IMG/VR virus record: IMGVR_UViG_3300028569_002801
Location: 50,716-114,715 of that record
Source: a virus
DNA length: 64,000 bases
Reading direction: 5' to 3' (one strand)
The first letter of the stretch is position 1. Each line of letters opens with the position of its first letter. Below the pieces are notes generated by a model. It was given only the letters and a program-made list of their open reading frames with translations, ran no database searches and had not been told where the DNA came from. Positions 1 through 9,525 of the stretch are shown in pieces. The translations under genes and the position numbers were made by a program.

Positions 1-1076
1 GTACAACCACTTTCACTTGTTACCGTATAACAATAACATTGTGGAGTTGGTGTAGGTGTTGGTGTAGGTGTCGGCGTTACACAAACCGAACAATCTGAAT
101 AAACGTCTAATACTTGTATTAAGTTTCTATTTGAAGATGCGGTTGTTTTACCGATATACGTTACACACTGTATTTGATTTGACGCACTTCCGTATAAAAG
201 TGCTAAGAATGTAGTTCCCGTACTAACAACAGACCCTGAATATGTTATTGGTTCTGTAATATAATAATGTTCACCCGTATCACAGTCCAATAAGTCTTTA
301 ACTGACGAACAAACAAAATCTCCGCTATCAACAACAAATGTTACTGTATCCGCCGATGGTGTTACAGGGCAATATGATGGTGTTGGTGTCGGAGTTGGTG
401 TCGGAGTTGGTGTTGTCCCTGAAGTGGATATCGTTATTGTGGCAGTAAACGCACTACATATATCTGGTGTTGGTGTGGGAGTCGGTGTAGGTGTAGGGGT
501 GGGGGTTGGTGTCAGAGTAGGTGTCGGGGTTGGAATATCACATTCTAACAATACGTCAAAATCTAAATCTGAACACGGATCTGTAGGAATTGGTGTTATT
601 GAACATATTCCTTCGTACATTATGGTACTATCTAAATCGGGACATCCGTATGTTGTTGGGTTCTGCCCAAAAAAATCACAGGTTCCACCTAATGAATTAC
701 TTAAACACCAATTTGTTCCGTTAAAAAATATGTATCTCGGATTAGTTCCTCCTGTCCAATAATAATCCCCGCCATAATTACCTTCTAATGTATATGTGCC
801 GTTATACCCACTATATGAACTAATAGGTATTGATAAGCAATAGTTATTTTGACAATACCCACTACAAAGTGAGTCATTACAGTCAGTAACCAAAGTAGCA
901 ACACCATCGATTGTAACGGTACTATTTACCAATGACCCAATAGTATAACAACCATCAGGTATATTTGTGTCACCCGTAATATTAAAGACTAAACCGAGCG
1001 TTGTCGAATAACTCCACCCACTTACACTAAAGTTTACACTACTATTTAAACAACTTTCTATGTTAACTAATGCCAT
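1..1076 (-). CDS. Cys-rich virion decoration/fibre protein with three (Pro-Thr)n tracts; runs off the left edge (partial)
   Basis: Not in the ORF track. Translated manually from ATG at 1076: MALVNIESCLNSSVNF...CDIPTPTPTLTPTPTPTPTPTPTPTPDICS...TPTPTPTPTPTPQCYCYTVTSESGC, open to the window edge. TATTTATA motif upstream (1095-1102). Confidence 0.85.
   Translation of the reverse strand, partial: MALVNIESCLNSSVNFSVSGWSYSTTLGLVFNITGDTNIPDGCYTIGSLVNSTVTIDGVATLVTDCNDSLCSGYCQNNYCLSIPISSYSGYNGTYTLEGNYGGDYYWTGGTNPRYIFFNGTNWCLSNSLGGTCDFFGQNPTTYGCPDLDSTIMYEGICSITPIPTDPCSDLDFDVLLECDIPTPTPTLTPTPTPTPTPTPTPTPDICSAFTATITISTSGTTPTPTPTPTPTPSYCPVTPSADTVTFVVDSGDFVCSSVKDLLDCDTGEHYYITEPITYSGSVVSTGTTFLALLYGSASNQIQCVTYIGKTTASSNRNLIQVLDVYSDCSVCVTPTPTPTPTPTPQCYCYTVTSESGC
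466..535 (-). repeat. (Pro-Thr)n coding microsatellite-like tract; others at ~42-78 and ~378-415
   Basis: Degenerate 6-nt periodicity (ggtgtn/ggagtt) on + strand encodes PTPTPT on - strand. Synonymous variation suggests selection at protein level. Confidence 0.9.
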
Positions 1077-1139
1077 TGAATTATTACTTTATTATATAAA
1101 TAATCAAAAGTTTATTTTATTGATGGTTTGTTTTTAAAA

Positions 1140-2336
1140 TTATAAACTAAAGTCAATTCTGTTTACCCAATTACCTTCATTATCGTTTACCCAATACACC
1201 CATTTAACAGGGGTTTCTGTCGTTTTTAGTTTAACGTTTAAATATTCCTGATAACTGTACATGTCTTGTCTATGTAATACATTACCTAACTCATTTTCAA
1301 TTCCTATATATATAAATTTAAAATTTTCAGTATAAGGTATGTAAAGTTTGAACTCATATTCAATTTCCTTTAATTCGTACCAATCTGTATTATCGTTCAC
1401 CGGTGGGTTTGTTCCTTTTATGGTTTCGGGATGTAACTTTTTATTTTTAAAGTTTATTCCCGCATAATTTTCATATTGTGTGTGTGTTCTAACGTCACCT
1501 AACCCATAAACCCCTAAAGCTATATTGTTATCCTCTTCTTGTAACATATGTCTTAATCTACGTTTAGAGTCGTTATCCATTTCCCACCATTGTTTTTCAA
1601 CAATACCATTATTTTTATTTTCTTGATTAAAGTCTGTCCAATGTTTTGTTCTACCTTCTCTTGTGTATTCATGCCAAACCACAGTCTTATGTGGGTGAAA
1701 TAAATCGTAACCTAACGTATATGAACGAATAGATAAACTAATTTCATCACCAGCAAAATAGATATTAGGGTCATACTTATATTCTTCACAATGTTTTCCG
1801 ATTGTAAAAAAGAAATGTCCACTAACAAATCTTGCGGGGATTGGTTTATCTAATGTTTGCCAATTTGGTATTGCGTGTGGTCTAAAAAGGATTGTTCCTC
1901 CCGGTGTGAAGTTAGACGCGACCATCATATATGGTTCAACATTTAATAATTGGTTATCTGATGGTCGGTACATTCCGGCATATGATGTGATGATTGGTTT
2001 TTTTGAACCTGTTATATTCATCATTTCAATCAATTCCACATCCCAATCTTGTAAAAATCTATGATGTGAATCTAATTGTATGGTGTATTCTTCACCGTCC
2101 CATAATTTTTGAATTTCAGAACGAGCCCAACAAAGCCCTTTACTTTCACTCCAATGATAATCTAATATTTTAAATCTTTCATCATTTGTGAATTCTTCCA
2201 TCGATTCAGTTTCATCACGTTGCCAACAAATTCCAAATGTTAAATTTTCAGGGTGTTTTGCTTTATTAATACAATCCCTAATGGTTGGTAATAACTCAGG
2301 ATCTCTATAAGATGCGATTTGTACAAATATTTTCAT
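1140..2336 (-). CDS. GT60 / PF11397 'GlcNAc' family glycosyltransferase (Skp1-Hyp or mucin-type polypeptide alpha-GlcNAc transferase-like)
   Basis: IFVQIASYRDPEL, GLCWARS, DSHHRF (DxH metal motif), FAGDEISLSIRSYTLGYDLFHP and VVWHEYTR match the Gnt1/OGNT family pattern. Confidence 0.85.
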   Translation of the reverse strand: MKIFVQIASYRDPELLPTIRDCINKAKHPENLTFGICWQRDETESMEEFTNDERFKILDYHWSESKGLCWARSEIQKLWDGEEYTIQLDSHHRFLQDWDVELIEMMNITGSKKPIITSYAGMYRPSDNQLLNVEPYMMVASNFTPGGTILFRPHAIPNWQTLDKPIPARFVSGHFFFTIGKHCEEYKYDPNIYFAGDEISLSIRSYTLGYDLFHPHKTVVWHEYTREGRTKHWTDFNQENKNNGIVEKQWWEMDNDSKRRLRHMLQEEDNNIALGVYGLGDVRTHTQYENYAGINFKNKKLHPETIKGTNPPVNDNTDWYELKEIEYEFKLYIPYTENFKFIYIGIENELGNVLHRQDMYSYQEYLNVKLKTTETPVKWVYWVNDNEGNWVNRIDFSL

Positions 2337-2376
2337 ACAAATAAATTAGTTTTTTTTTCTTTTTTGTAAATCTTTA

Positions 2377-2952
2377 TTAACTTGAAGTGTACTTAATCTT
2401 CATTCCTAAAACATAAAGATTAGTATCATTTTGAAAAACACTTAAACCAAAAACATTATTTGATGTTATTCCAGACATATAAGGTAAAACATCCAATGAT
2501 GTGAATTTATTGATATTATAACTATATGTCTGTCCTGTCGTTATTGTTGTGGCACTATAAAACGAATTTACGGGTCCGTATTGTACGTTTATATCAGTAG
2601 AAACATTACCACTAAATGTTGGTATTGTTACCACTTCAGCGGATATCATAGAAGATAAATCGTTTGGAATTAATCCATTTATATAAACAGGGTCGGTACC
2701 TGCATTACAGGTACCAGCATAAAAGTTACCAATATAAGTAGGATTTGTTTCTGAACCTTTAAAGAAAATCTCTTTTATTTGATTAGTATTACCACTAAAT
2801 ATAGTACTTAATTGTTGTAACTCAACTTTATATGATGACCCGTAAAGGCTTTGTGACGTATCTGCAGTTGTTACAATATGTATAATTGTAGTCGGAGTAA
2901 TCGCCGATGATTGAGCTAATGTTCTATCTGTTAATAATTGGTATGTTGGCAT
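2377..2952 (-). CDS. putative fibre/decoration protein
   Basis: 191 aa, Thr/Ser rich, beta-rich C-terminus, in the structural cluster, TATTTAT motif upstream. Confidence 0.55.
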   Translation of the reverse strand: MPTYQLLTDRTLAQSSAITPTTIIHIVTTADTSQSLYGSSYKVELQQLSTIFSGNTNQIKEIFFKGSETNPTYIGNFYAGTCNAGTDPVYINGLIPNDLSSMISAEVVTIPTFSGNVSTDINVQYGPVNSFYSATTITTGQTYSYNINKFTSLDVLPYMSGITSNNVFGLSVFQNDTNLYVLGMKIKYTSS

Positions 2953-2973
2953 AGTTTATTTAATAAATATTAT

Positions 2974-3261
2974 TTATTGGAAAATATAACCTACTCCGTC
3001 CATAAAATTAAAATATATATCATTTTGAAACGCCTTTTGGACCTCACAATTAATAACTGTCGAGTACACACATCCATTTGTATCAACAATTCTTAAATAA
3101 AGGTAATTTTCGTTTGGAAAAAAGTCATCAGTATCAAATATAATATTTGGTGGTATAAAGGTACTCCCTGAAACAAAAAAACAAGACGTGTTAGTTGAGT
3201 CACATATAAAAATATCATATGGTGGTTGTCCGCTCGTTACTCCTGTTATTTCTACGTTCAT
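2974..3261 (-). CDS. small virion protein, single SprB-like beta domain
   Basis: ITGVTSGQPPYDIFICD...IVDTNGC resembles an SprB repeat and is paralogous to the N-terminus of 3276..3845. Confidence 0.6.
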   Translation of the reverse strand: MNVEITGVTSGQPPYDIFICDSTNTSCFFVSGSTFIPPNIIFDTDDFFPNENYLYLRIVDTNGCVYSTVINCEVQKAFQNDIYFNFMDGVGYIFQ

Positions 3262-3275
3262 ATATTATAAATACT

Positions 3276-3845
3276 TTAAGGGCAAGAAGGTAAATCGGTT
3301 ACCACACCGGCAGTAACTTCTGCGATTGCATTATATGTTGGTGAACCACCTATTTTAACTAAAAAGTATCCTGTTAATAATGTTGGTGAACACCCAACAT
3401 TATTAGAATATAAAATAGAACCGATTTGAGGTTCACTTTCATCAAGATACGCCAAAAAAGCCGCATTAACGGCACAAGTACCACCTGTAACACAATTAAA
3501 TGCGGTACAGGCACTTAAAAATGAAGTATAAAAGTATCCCGTAATATTAGTTGAACTACCAAAAGGTGTGTAGTATGGATGTACTGTGCTTGGACCACAA
3601 GTTGGTGTCGGAGTTGGTGTAGGGGTTGGGGGTGGGTCATAACAAGAAACTAATTCAAAGTATTCACATCCTGTTGAATCAATAGTTTTAACCATTAATG
3701 TATTCGCACTTGAATAGAAGGAATTAAGTGTATATGTCCCTCCTGTTGTACTTGTTAAATAACAGTTATTTCCATATTCATCACATAGGTAAACACTCAA
3801 TGGTGGTGTTCCCCCTGTTGTTCCTGATATCGTAATAACACTCAT
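3276..3845 (-). CDS. virion decoration protein: SprB-like N-domain, PT linker, Cys-rich C-domain
   Basis: ISGTTGGTPPLSVYLCD...IDSTGC, then DPPPTPTPTPTPTC. Confidence 0.65.
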   Translation of the reverse strand: MSVITISGTTGGTPPLSVYLCDEYGNNCYLTSTTGGTYTLNSFYSSANTLMVKTIDSTGCEYFELVSCYDPPPTPTPTPTPTCGPSTVHPYYTPFGSSTNITGYFYTSFLSACTAFNCVTGGTCAVNAAFLAYLDESEPQIGSILYSNNVGCSPTLLTGYFLVKIGGSPTYNAIAEVTAGVVTDLPSCP

Positions 3846-6319
3846 TATTGATAAACTAATGTAAACCCCTCTTCTGTTATCATAAAATAACTATCTTCAG
3901 TTAATATTATAAATGATTGACTACAATCGTTACATACTACCTCATATTCTATTTTTAATCTTAAATAAAATTTACAATCACCTAAAGGATCAACATCACC
4001 AACACATTTTGAAATAATTTCAAATGTATTTGTTAATAAATCAATAGTAAAACTTTGTATGTTCGGTATACTACCTAAAATACCTTCGATTGTTGATTGC
4101 CAAAGAGTGTCTTGTGGAATATCATTTAGTGTTGTTGCAGTATAAAATGGTACAGTATATATAGTATCTCCCGATTCACAATCCGTATATACCAAGAAAT
4201 CACCATTTTCTGTTGTAATTGTAAATACGTCCTCAGTTAAAATAAAACACGTATCACCAGATCCTGGACAATCAATTTCTATTTGACAACTAAATACCGC
4301 CCCACTAAAACTACATCCGGTATATCCCGAAATAATATCAATATACCCCTCATTTAACATTTCCGATAAACCTCTTTTAGTTCCAACAGTAGTCGTAAAA
4401 GTACTATTACAAATATTAAATAACTGATAAGATGTTGGAGAGATACCGTTACAATCTATTGTAAAATCTTGTATATCGTAACAACCATTACTATCAGTTA
4501 TTTCAACATAATAGTTTCCAGCGGATAAACCACTTACAGTTGATCCCGTTTGTCCGTTACTCCAATTATACGTAAAAGTTGGTTCTCCTTGATATATTAC
4601 TACGGAAGCCGATCCGTCATTTCCATTAACACAATCTATTTTTTGTATGGAAGTTAAAAGTTGTCCTCCTGTTGTTATTGTAAAACCTGTGGATACCGCA
4701 CAACCAACACTATCAGTGACGGTTATCGTATAATTTCCTGGTAGTAAATTATTATATGTTATTCCTGTCGATGTGGTATCTATTAGGGTGTCTCCGTTAC
4801 TTAATACATAATCTAAAACTCCCGTATATCCTGAAAATACCTCAATAACCGCAACACCGTTTGGTTCCCCACATGTTGACCCGGTAGTTGTTGCACTAAC
4901 AATAAATTTTTGAGTAGATGTTATATTTAATGTTGTTGTATAAACACAACTTGTTCCTGAACCTGAAATTGTTAATTCATATGTATCATTTTGTAAGTTA
5001 GTAAAACTATTAGTTTGATTAAGACTTGTATTTTGATAAACGGTGTTACCACTTAAACCTGATAAAGTGTATGTGTAATATCCTCCAAGCCCTGCAATTT
5101 GCACATCTATTTGTCCATTATTCTGATTGCAGTCTGAGTTGGTAACAATTATGTCTACCACATTAAATCCTCCTACGGGACTTAGAAACCCACTTAATGT
5201 TGTTTCACAAAAATTGGCGTCTCTTACAACAACTTGATAAGTTCCAGCAGCAAGGTTTGTTAATGTGAACACGTTTGATAATGTATACCCAACTTGGGCG
5301 GTAGAAGCCGAATAATAGAAAGGAGCGGTACCTCCAGTTAAAAAATACGTCAGACTACCATCAGATGCGAAACAACTTGGTGTTGATGCACTTAATAACC
5401 CTATACCTAATGGATCAGCAGCACCTACAAATTCACTTTTAGTTACCTCACAACCATTAATATCTGTTACCGTACAAGTATATACTCCTTGTGTTAATCC
5501 CGTAATTAATTGTGTGGTTTCTCCATTACTCCACAAATACGTATAAGGTCCGGTTCCCGTAACTCCTGTTACCGCCAATTTACCTTTATCAATAACACAA
5601 TTAGATGTATTCACCTTCCAAAAACCAAAATCTAAAGAAGTACTTGCAGATATTACCGCGTTTTCAGTGTTAGCCGTGGTACCACCTGAATCAAAAACAG
5701 TAGCATAATAAATACCACTAGGTAATCCGTTAAAATCATATGGTAAAGTTCCTGTTGTTTCTACAACGTAAGGAACACCATCTTGATAAAGAAGAATAGT
5801 ATATGGGGCACCTGAAGATGTTGCACTTATAGTTAAAAATCCGGTATCTTGTCCACAAGTAGTTCCTGATGCGGTAACTACATTTGCCTCAAAACATCCC
5901 GTTACATTAACATTAACATATAATTCATTATTTTGTAAATTAAGAGTATCATTTATTCTGAACACATAAGTACCTCCTGTTAGCCCTGTAAATGTTATAG
6001 GAGAACTACTTGTTTGAGCAGTTAAAGTTCCCGGAATAATATTATCAATTGTGTATGGGGCAACACCACCATATGAAGTGAAAGTCACACTACCTGTTGC
6101 TGCGGAGCAAACCCCCGTAACTTGGAATCCGTAACTAAGTGGTCCTGATGTACATGTTTCTGTACAAGTTACCCCTGTAGCAATATAAACCCCTCTTGCC
6201 GAACCAGAATATGATTCATCTATACATATACTTTCACCAAGTGAAACTCCGAATTGGTATAATCCACAACAGTCTACATATTCATAAACACCATCCGTTA
6301 ATCCTGATACACAAGCCAT
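3845..6319 (-). CDS. SprB-repeat-containing fibre/adhesin-like virion protein
   Basis: Multiple SprB-type repeats (GTGPYTYLWSNGETTQLITGLTQGVYTCTVTDINGC; PTFTYNWSNGQTGSTVSGLSAGNYYVEITDSNGC). No signal peptide or T9SS C-terminal domain visible. Confidence 0.8.
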   Translation of the reverse strand: MACVSGLTDGVYEYVDCCGLYQFGVSLGESICIDESYSGSARGVYIATGVTCTETCTSGPLSYGFQVTGVCSAATGSVTFTSYGGVAPYTIDNIIPGTLTAQTSSSPITFTGLTGGTYVFRINDTLNLQNNELYVNVNVTGCFEANVVTASGTTCGQDTGFLTISATSSGAPYTILLYQDGVPYVVETTGTLPYDFNGLPSGIYYATVFDSGGTTANTENAVISASTSLDFGFWKVNTSNCVIDKGKLAVTGVTGTGPYTYLWSNGETTQLITGLTQGVYTCTVTDINGCEVTKSEFVGAADPLGIGLLSASTPSCFASDGSLTYFLTGGTAPFYYSASTAQVGYTLSNVFTLTNLAAGTYQVVVRDANFCETTLSGFLSPVGGFNVVDIIVTNSDCNQNNGQIDVQIAGLGGYYTYTLSGLSGNTVYQNTSLNQTNSFTNLQNDTYELTISGSGTSCVYTTTLNITSTQKFIVSATTTGSTCGEPNGVAVIEVFSGYTGVLDYVLSNGDTLIDTTSTGITYNNLLPGNYTITVTDSVGCAVSTGFTITTGGQLLTSIQKIDCVNGNDGSASVVIYQGEPTFTYNWSNGQTGSTVSGLSAGNYYVEITDSNGCYDIQDFTIDCNGISPTSYQLFNICNSTFTTTVGTKRGLSEMLNEGYIDIISGYTGCSFSGAVFSCQIEIDCPGSGDTCFILTEDVFTITTENGDFLVYTDCESGDTIYTVPFYTATTLNDIPQDTLWQSTIEGILGSIPNIQSFTIDLLTNTFEIISKCVGDVDPLGDCKFYLRLKIEYEVVCNDCSQSFIILTEDSYFMITEEGFTLVYQ

Positions 6320-6345
6320 ATATAATTTTTTTCTTTATTTTTTTA

Positions 6346-9300
6346 TTAAGGACAAACCCCCATGTTTATTGCTGATACAAATCTTGGAGATGTACTTGTT
6401 GGTATTGTAGTTGAGCAAACATTAAATGTTCCTCCACCTAAAAATGAAGTAGTCGTCCCAACCCCACTACAGTTATATGTGGTATAAGCTCCTCCAGTTG
6501 GACTAAACGTTACTGCCCACATATATGTCACGCAAGGTGTAGGGGTTGGTGTAGGTGTTGGAGTTGGAGTTGGCGTCAAAACTGTTTGTTGTGAACAATT
6601 TATTTGTAAATCAACCCCTATGTTAAGATATAAGGTTTTACTTGTAAAATCGTCGTAACATGTTGAATTACTAACTACAAGTGTACTTCCAGCCAAATAA
6701 AAATTTAATCCGTAATTGTATAATTCAACTAAATATGTATTAACCGCATTTACCAAATCAGTGGTTGATGGGTAACCACCAATACCATACCCTGTATAAA
6801 ATTGTTCTTGTACTAAAATTTGTGAATCTAACCTACAGTCAATATACCAATTAGTAACTATACTATTAATATCACAATCACTCTGTGTGAATCCACTATT
6901 AGTTAAAACGTTATTTAACGCATAATTCAATATTGCTGCCGGATCGGTTTTTACATCACATTTTAATGTCTGATCAATACAATCATAACTAAATGGTTCT
7001 CCGTTATACGTACACGGAATACAAGAAACAGGAATAAATGTACAACCTCTTTGTCTTCTCCAAACAAACTTTTGTCTATGGAAAATAGAATTTTCCATTT
7101 TTTGTCCTGTTAACCATAAAGTGGTTCCTGGAACTACTTGTTCTAATAGTCTTTGCCAATGATCACCTAAACCTAAAGTATAGTCTATCATTTTTTGATA
7201 TGTAAACTTATTAGAAGGTATTCCTACAGTTTGATCAGACTCCAAATATCTCCAATAAACTGATTGTAACGTAGGGTAACCTCCCGTTTTACCATCAAAT
7301 ATTGTTTGTCGATTTCTAACATTAATGAAGTTATTATAAAAACTTTGAGCGAACTCAAAGAATGTTTTTTCTTTTGGTTTTGGGTTAATAAATGTCCAAT
7401 CTATATTACCAGGATATGGGTATGGTGCCGTCAATCCTGAATTTGGTATAGGGTATCCGTACTTTACAGACATATCCCATATATCATAAGTAATACCTTG
7501 ACCCATGTTAGTATATAACTCAATATTTTTAGAATTAATTACTAACCTATCATCACTAACAGTATAATCTACCCCATTAAAATTTGACCCGTCTTTTCTA
7601 TTCCCCGTATCATTAACTGCCCAAGATTTTTGATTATCACTTATCTTAGTTAACGTATACCCTTCTGCAATATCAGGAAAATCTCTAAACCTATCCATAT
7701 ATTCTTGTCCATATGTGAATGGTTTTAATGATGATATTAAATATGGGTTGGTTGGGTTAAAGGATGAGTTTACAGAGTCAGCCTCTTGATTTGATCTATG
7801 TTCAGGACTTGTCTCAAACCATCCAGCCCCTTTTTGGAAGAAGTTGTCGTCTGTAATTGCGGGACTTTGGGGGTACCCATCAGAATCAACTCCGTAATCG
7901 TTTAATGTCGTTGTTATTAAATTTATAACCCCACTTGTAGTATATCCTGTGTAAATCACACCCAATAAACTAAATGTATTAGCCGGATCAAAAACAGGTG
8001 TCTCTACATATGTTGTCCCTCCAGAAATTTGACAATACTTTTCGTAAAAATCATTATAATTTATTTTAGTATCAGCCAAATAAATAACTTCATTAAACTC
8101 TAATAATGCTTCAGGGGCACCTATAAATCTCATAACATATTCCAAAGATTGTCTAGTCCCCTTTGTTCTAAACATGTGTGCGGAGTTTAATATTATATTT
8201 CTATAGTATTGATAGTTTAACTCTGTTGGTGTGTCTGAAACTGACTGCCCAGGAAAAACTTGTTTAGCGTTTGGATCAAATACTGAATTTAAAAACCCTT
8301 CATTTGTTATTGGTGAGATGTCTGAATTAATCCCTAATGTTTGAGCTAAATTTGTGAGTAGTTGTGAAGGTATATCATTACCTACTTGGTAATTTACAGA
8401 GTTCATATATGCTAACGCATCAATAAACTTTTTAACTTCATCAAAACTTCTACCGTATATTTGTAATACCTTTTCAATTTTTTGATCATCAGTATCAAAC
8501 TCTTTGAATGATCCTGTAATTAAAAATCTACTTATTAAATTTGTTTTATATTCGTCTAATTTTTCAGCAATACTCTGTATTTGAGATATATATTGTTCAA
8601 ATTTAGTACTATTAATATCTAAGTTCCAATACTTGTCTATCGGCCAAGTTACTTGTTTTGTAAATAAAGTATATTTACCTGCCGAATCGTAATCAGGATA
8701 TGTAAATTTAGCACTGTATTTTGGATACACACTTCTATTTAACATAAAATCTTCAACCTCATCAAAGTTATCTAAAAATACCTTTTCTGTTGTTTCATTA
8801 TTTAATTTTATAACTAAATTAAAAGTTGATGCACTTTGTCCGGGAAACATATCCCCTTTCACTGTTAATGTAAGAGTACCCCCTGTCATATTCTCAACAG
8901 GAATCATATCCGTTACTTTGTATTCTGTACTAACATCTCTAAAATAAACGGCATAACTTTCAAAGTTATTAGTCATATCCCTAAATGGACTAACAGTTAT
9001 CGGTCTAGTTAATATGTTTCTAGCGGCGTTTTCAGAATAATCAATACTAAATGGGTTATAGATTAAACCAGTATTAATATCAAAAGTGGTTTCATCGTTT
9101 TTTCTATCATAAACAATATTAGATGCAGTATTTCCTGTATATAATCCTGACGTTTGTCTTGGATAAACCTCTAAAGCCGCAGGGAAAAAATTTATTACCT
9201 TTATAATTGAGGTTGACATTCTTTTCTGTAGGGAACCATACAACGAAAAACTAGTGATTTCCGATATATCAAAATTTGGGTAAACTTTAAAAGTCTTTTC

Positions 9301-9525
9301 AATAATCCTTTTTACCTCTTCAATATTATCTATTTTAAGGTTTTCTAAAGTATAAGGATTAGAAAATATACCAGTGTCAAATTTTCTATTTGTCTTTTCA
9401 TATATTGCACTAGTAAACTCAAAATTACCTTGCGTCAAACCTCCCCCATCCACAATTTGGAATCCTACAAGGTTATCAGAAAAGGTTTTAACCCCACCAG
9501 GTGGAAAAAATATTTTATTTGCCAT
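6346..9525 (-). CDS. baseplate wedge protein (T4 gp7 / P2 gpI-like) with C-terminal PT linker and Cys-rich module
   Basis: LLTNLAQTLG...AHMFRTKGTRQSLEYVMRFIG is the gpI/gp7-type signature; located downstream of the gp6-like gene. Confidence 0.65.
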   Translation of the reverse strand: MANKIFFPPGGVKTFSDNLVGFQIVDGGGLTQGNFEFTSAIYEKTNRKFDTGIFSNPYTLENLKIDNIEEVKRIIEKTFKVYPNFDISEITSFSLYGSLQKRMSTSIIKVINFFPAALEVYPRQTSGLYTGNTASNIVYDRKNDETTFDINTGLIYNPFSIDYSENAARNILTRPITVSPFRDMTNNFESYAVYFRDVSTEYKVTDMIPVENMTGGTLTLTVKGDMFPGQSASTFNLVIKLNNETTEKVFLDNFDEVEDFMLNRSVYPKYSAKFTYPDYDSAGKYTLFTKQVTWPIDKYWNLDINSTKFEQYISQIQSIAEKLDEYKTNLISRFLITGSFKEFDTDDQKIEKVLQIYGRSFDEVKKFIDALAYMNSVNYQVGNDIPSQLLTNLAQTLGINSDISPITNEGFLNSVFDPNAKQVFPGQSVSDTPTELNYQYYRNIILNSAHMFRTKGTRQSLEYVMRFIGAPEALLEFNEVIYLADTKINYNDFYEKYCQISGGTTYVETPVFDPANTFSLLGVIYTGYTTSGVINLITTTLNDYGVDSDGYPQSPAITDDNFFQKGAGWFETSPEHRSNQEADSVNSSFNPTNPYLISSLKPFTYGQEYMDRFRDFPDIAEGYTLTKISDNQKSWAVNDTGNRKDGSNFNGVDYTVSDDRLVINSKNIELYTNMGQGITYDIWDMSVKYGYPIPNSGLTAPYPYPGNIDWTFINPKPKEKTFFEFAQSFYNNFINVRNRQTIFDGKTGGYPTLQSVYWRYLESDQTVGIPSNKFTYQKMIDYTLGLGDHWQRLLEQVVPGTTLWLTGQKMENSIFHRQKFVWRRQRGCTFIPVSCIPCTYNGEPFSYDCIDQTLKCDVKTDPAAILNYALNNVLTNSGFTQSDCDINSIVTNWYIDCRLDSQILVQEQFYTGYGIGGYPSTTDLVNAVNTYLVELYNYGLNFYLAGSTLVVSNSTCYDDFTSKTLYLNIGVDLQINCSQQTVLTPTPTPTPTPTPTPCVTYMWAVTFSPTGGAYTTYNCSGVGTTTSFLGGGTFNVCSTTIPTSTSPRFVSAINMGVCP

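Noticed and set aside
424-762. + strand ORF with GVGVGV repeat
   Set aside because: Antisense shadow of the (Pro-Thr)n tract of the real - strand gene 1..1076.
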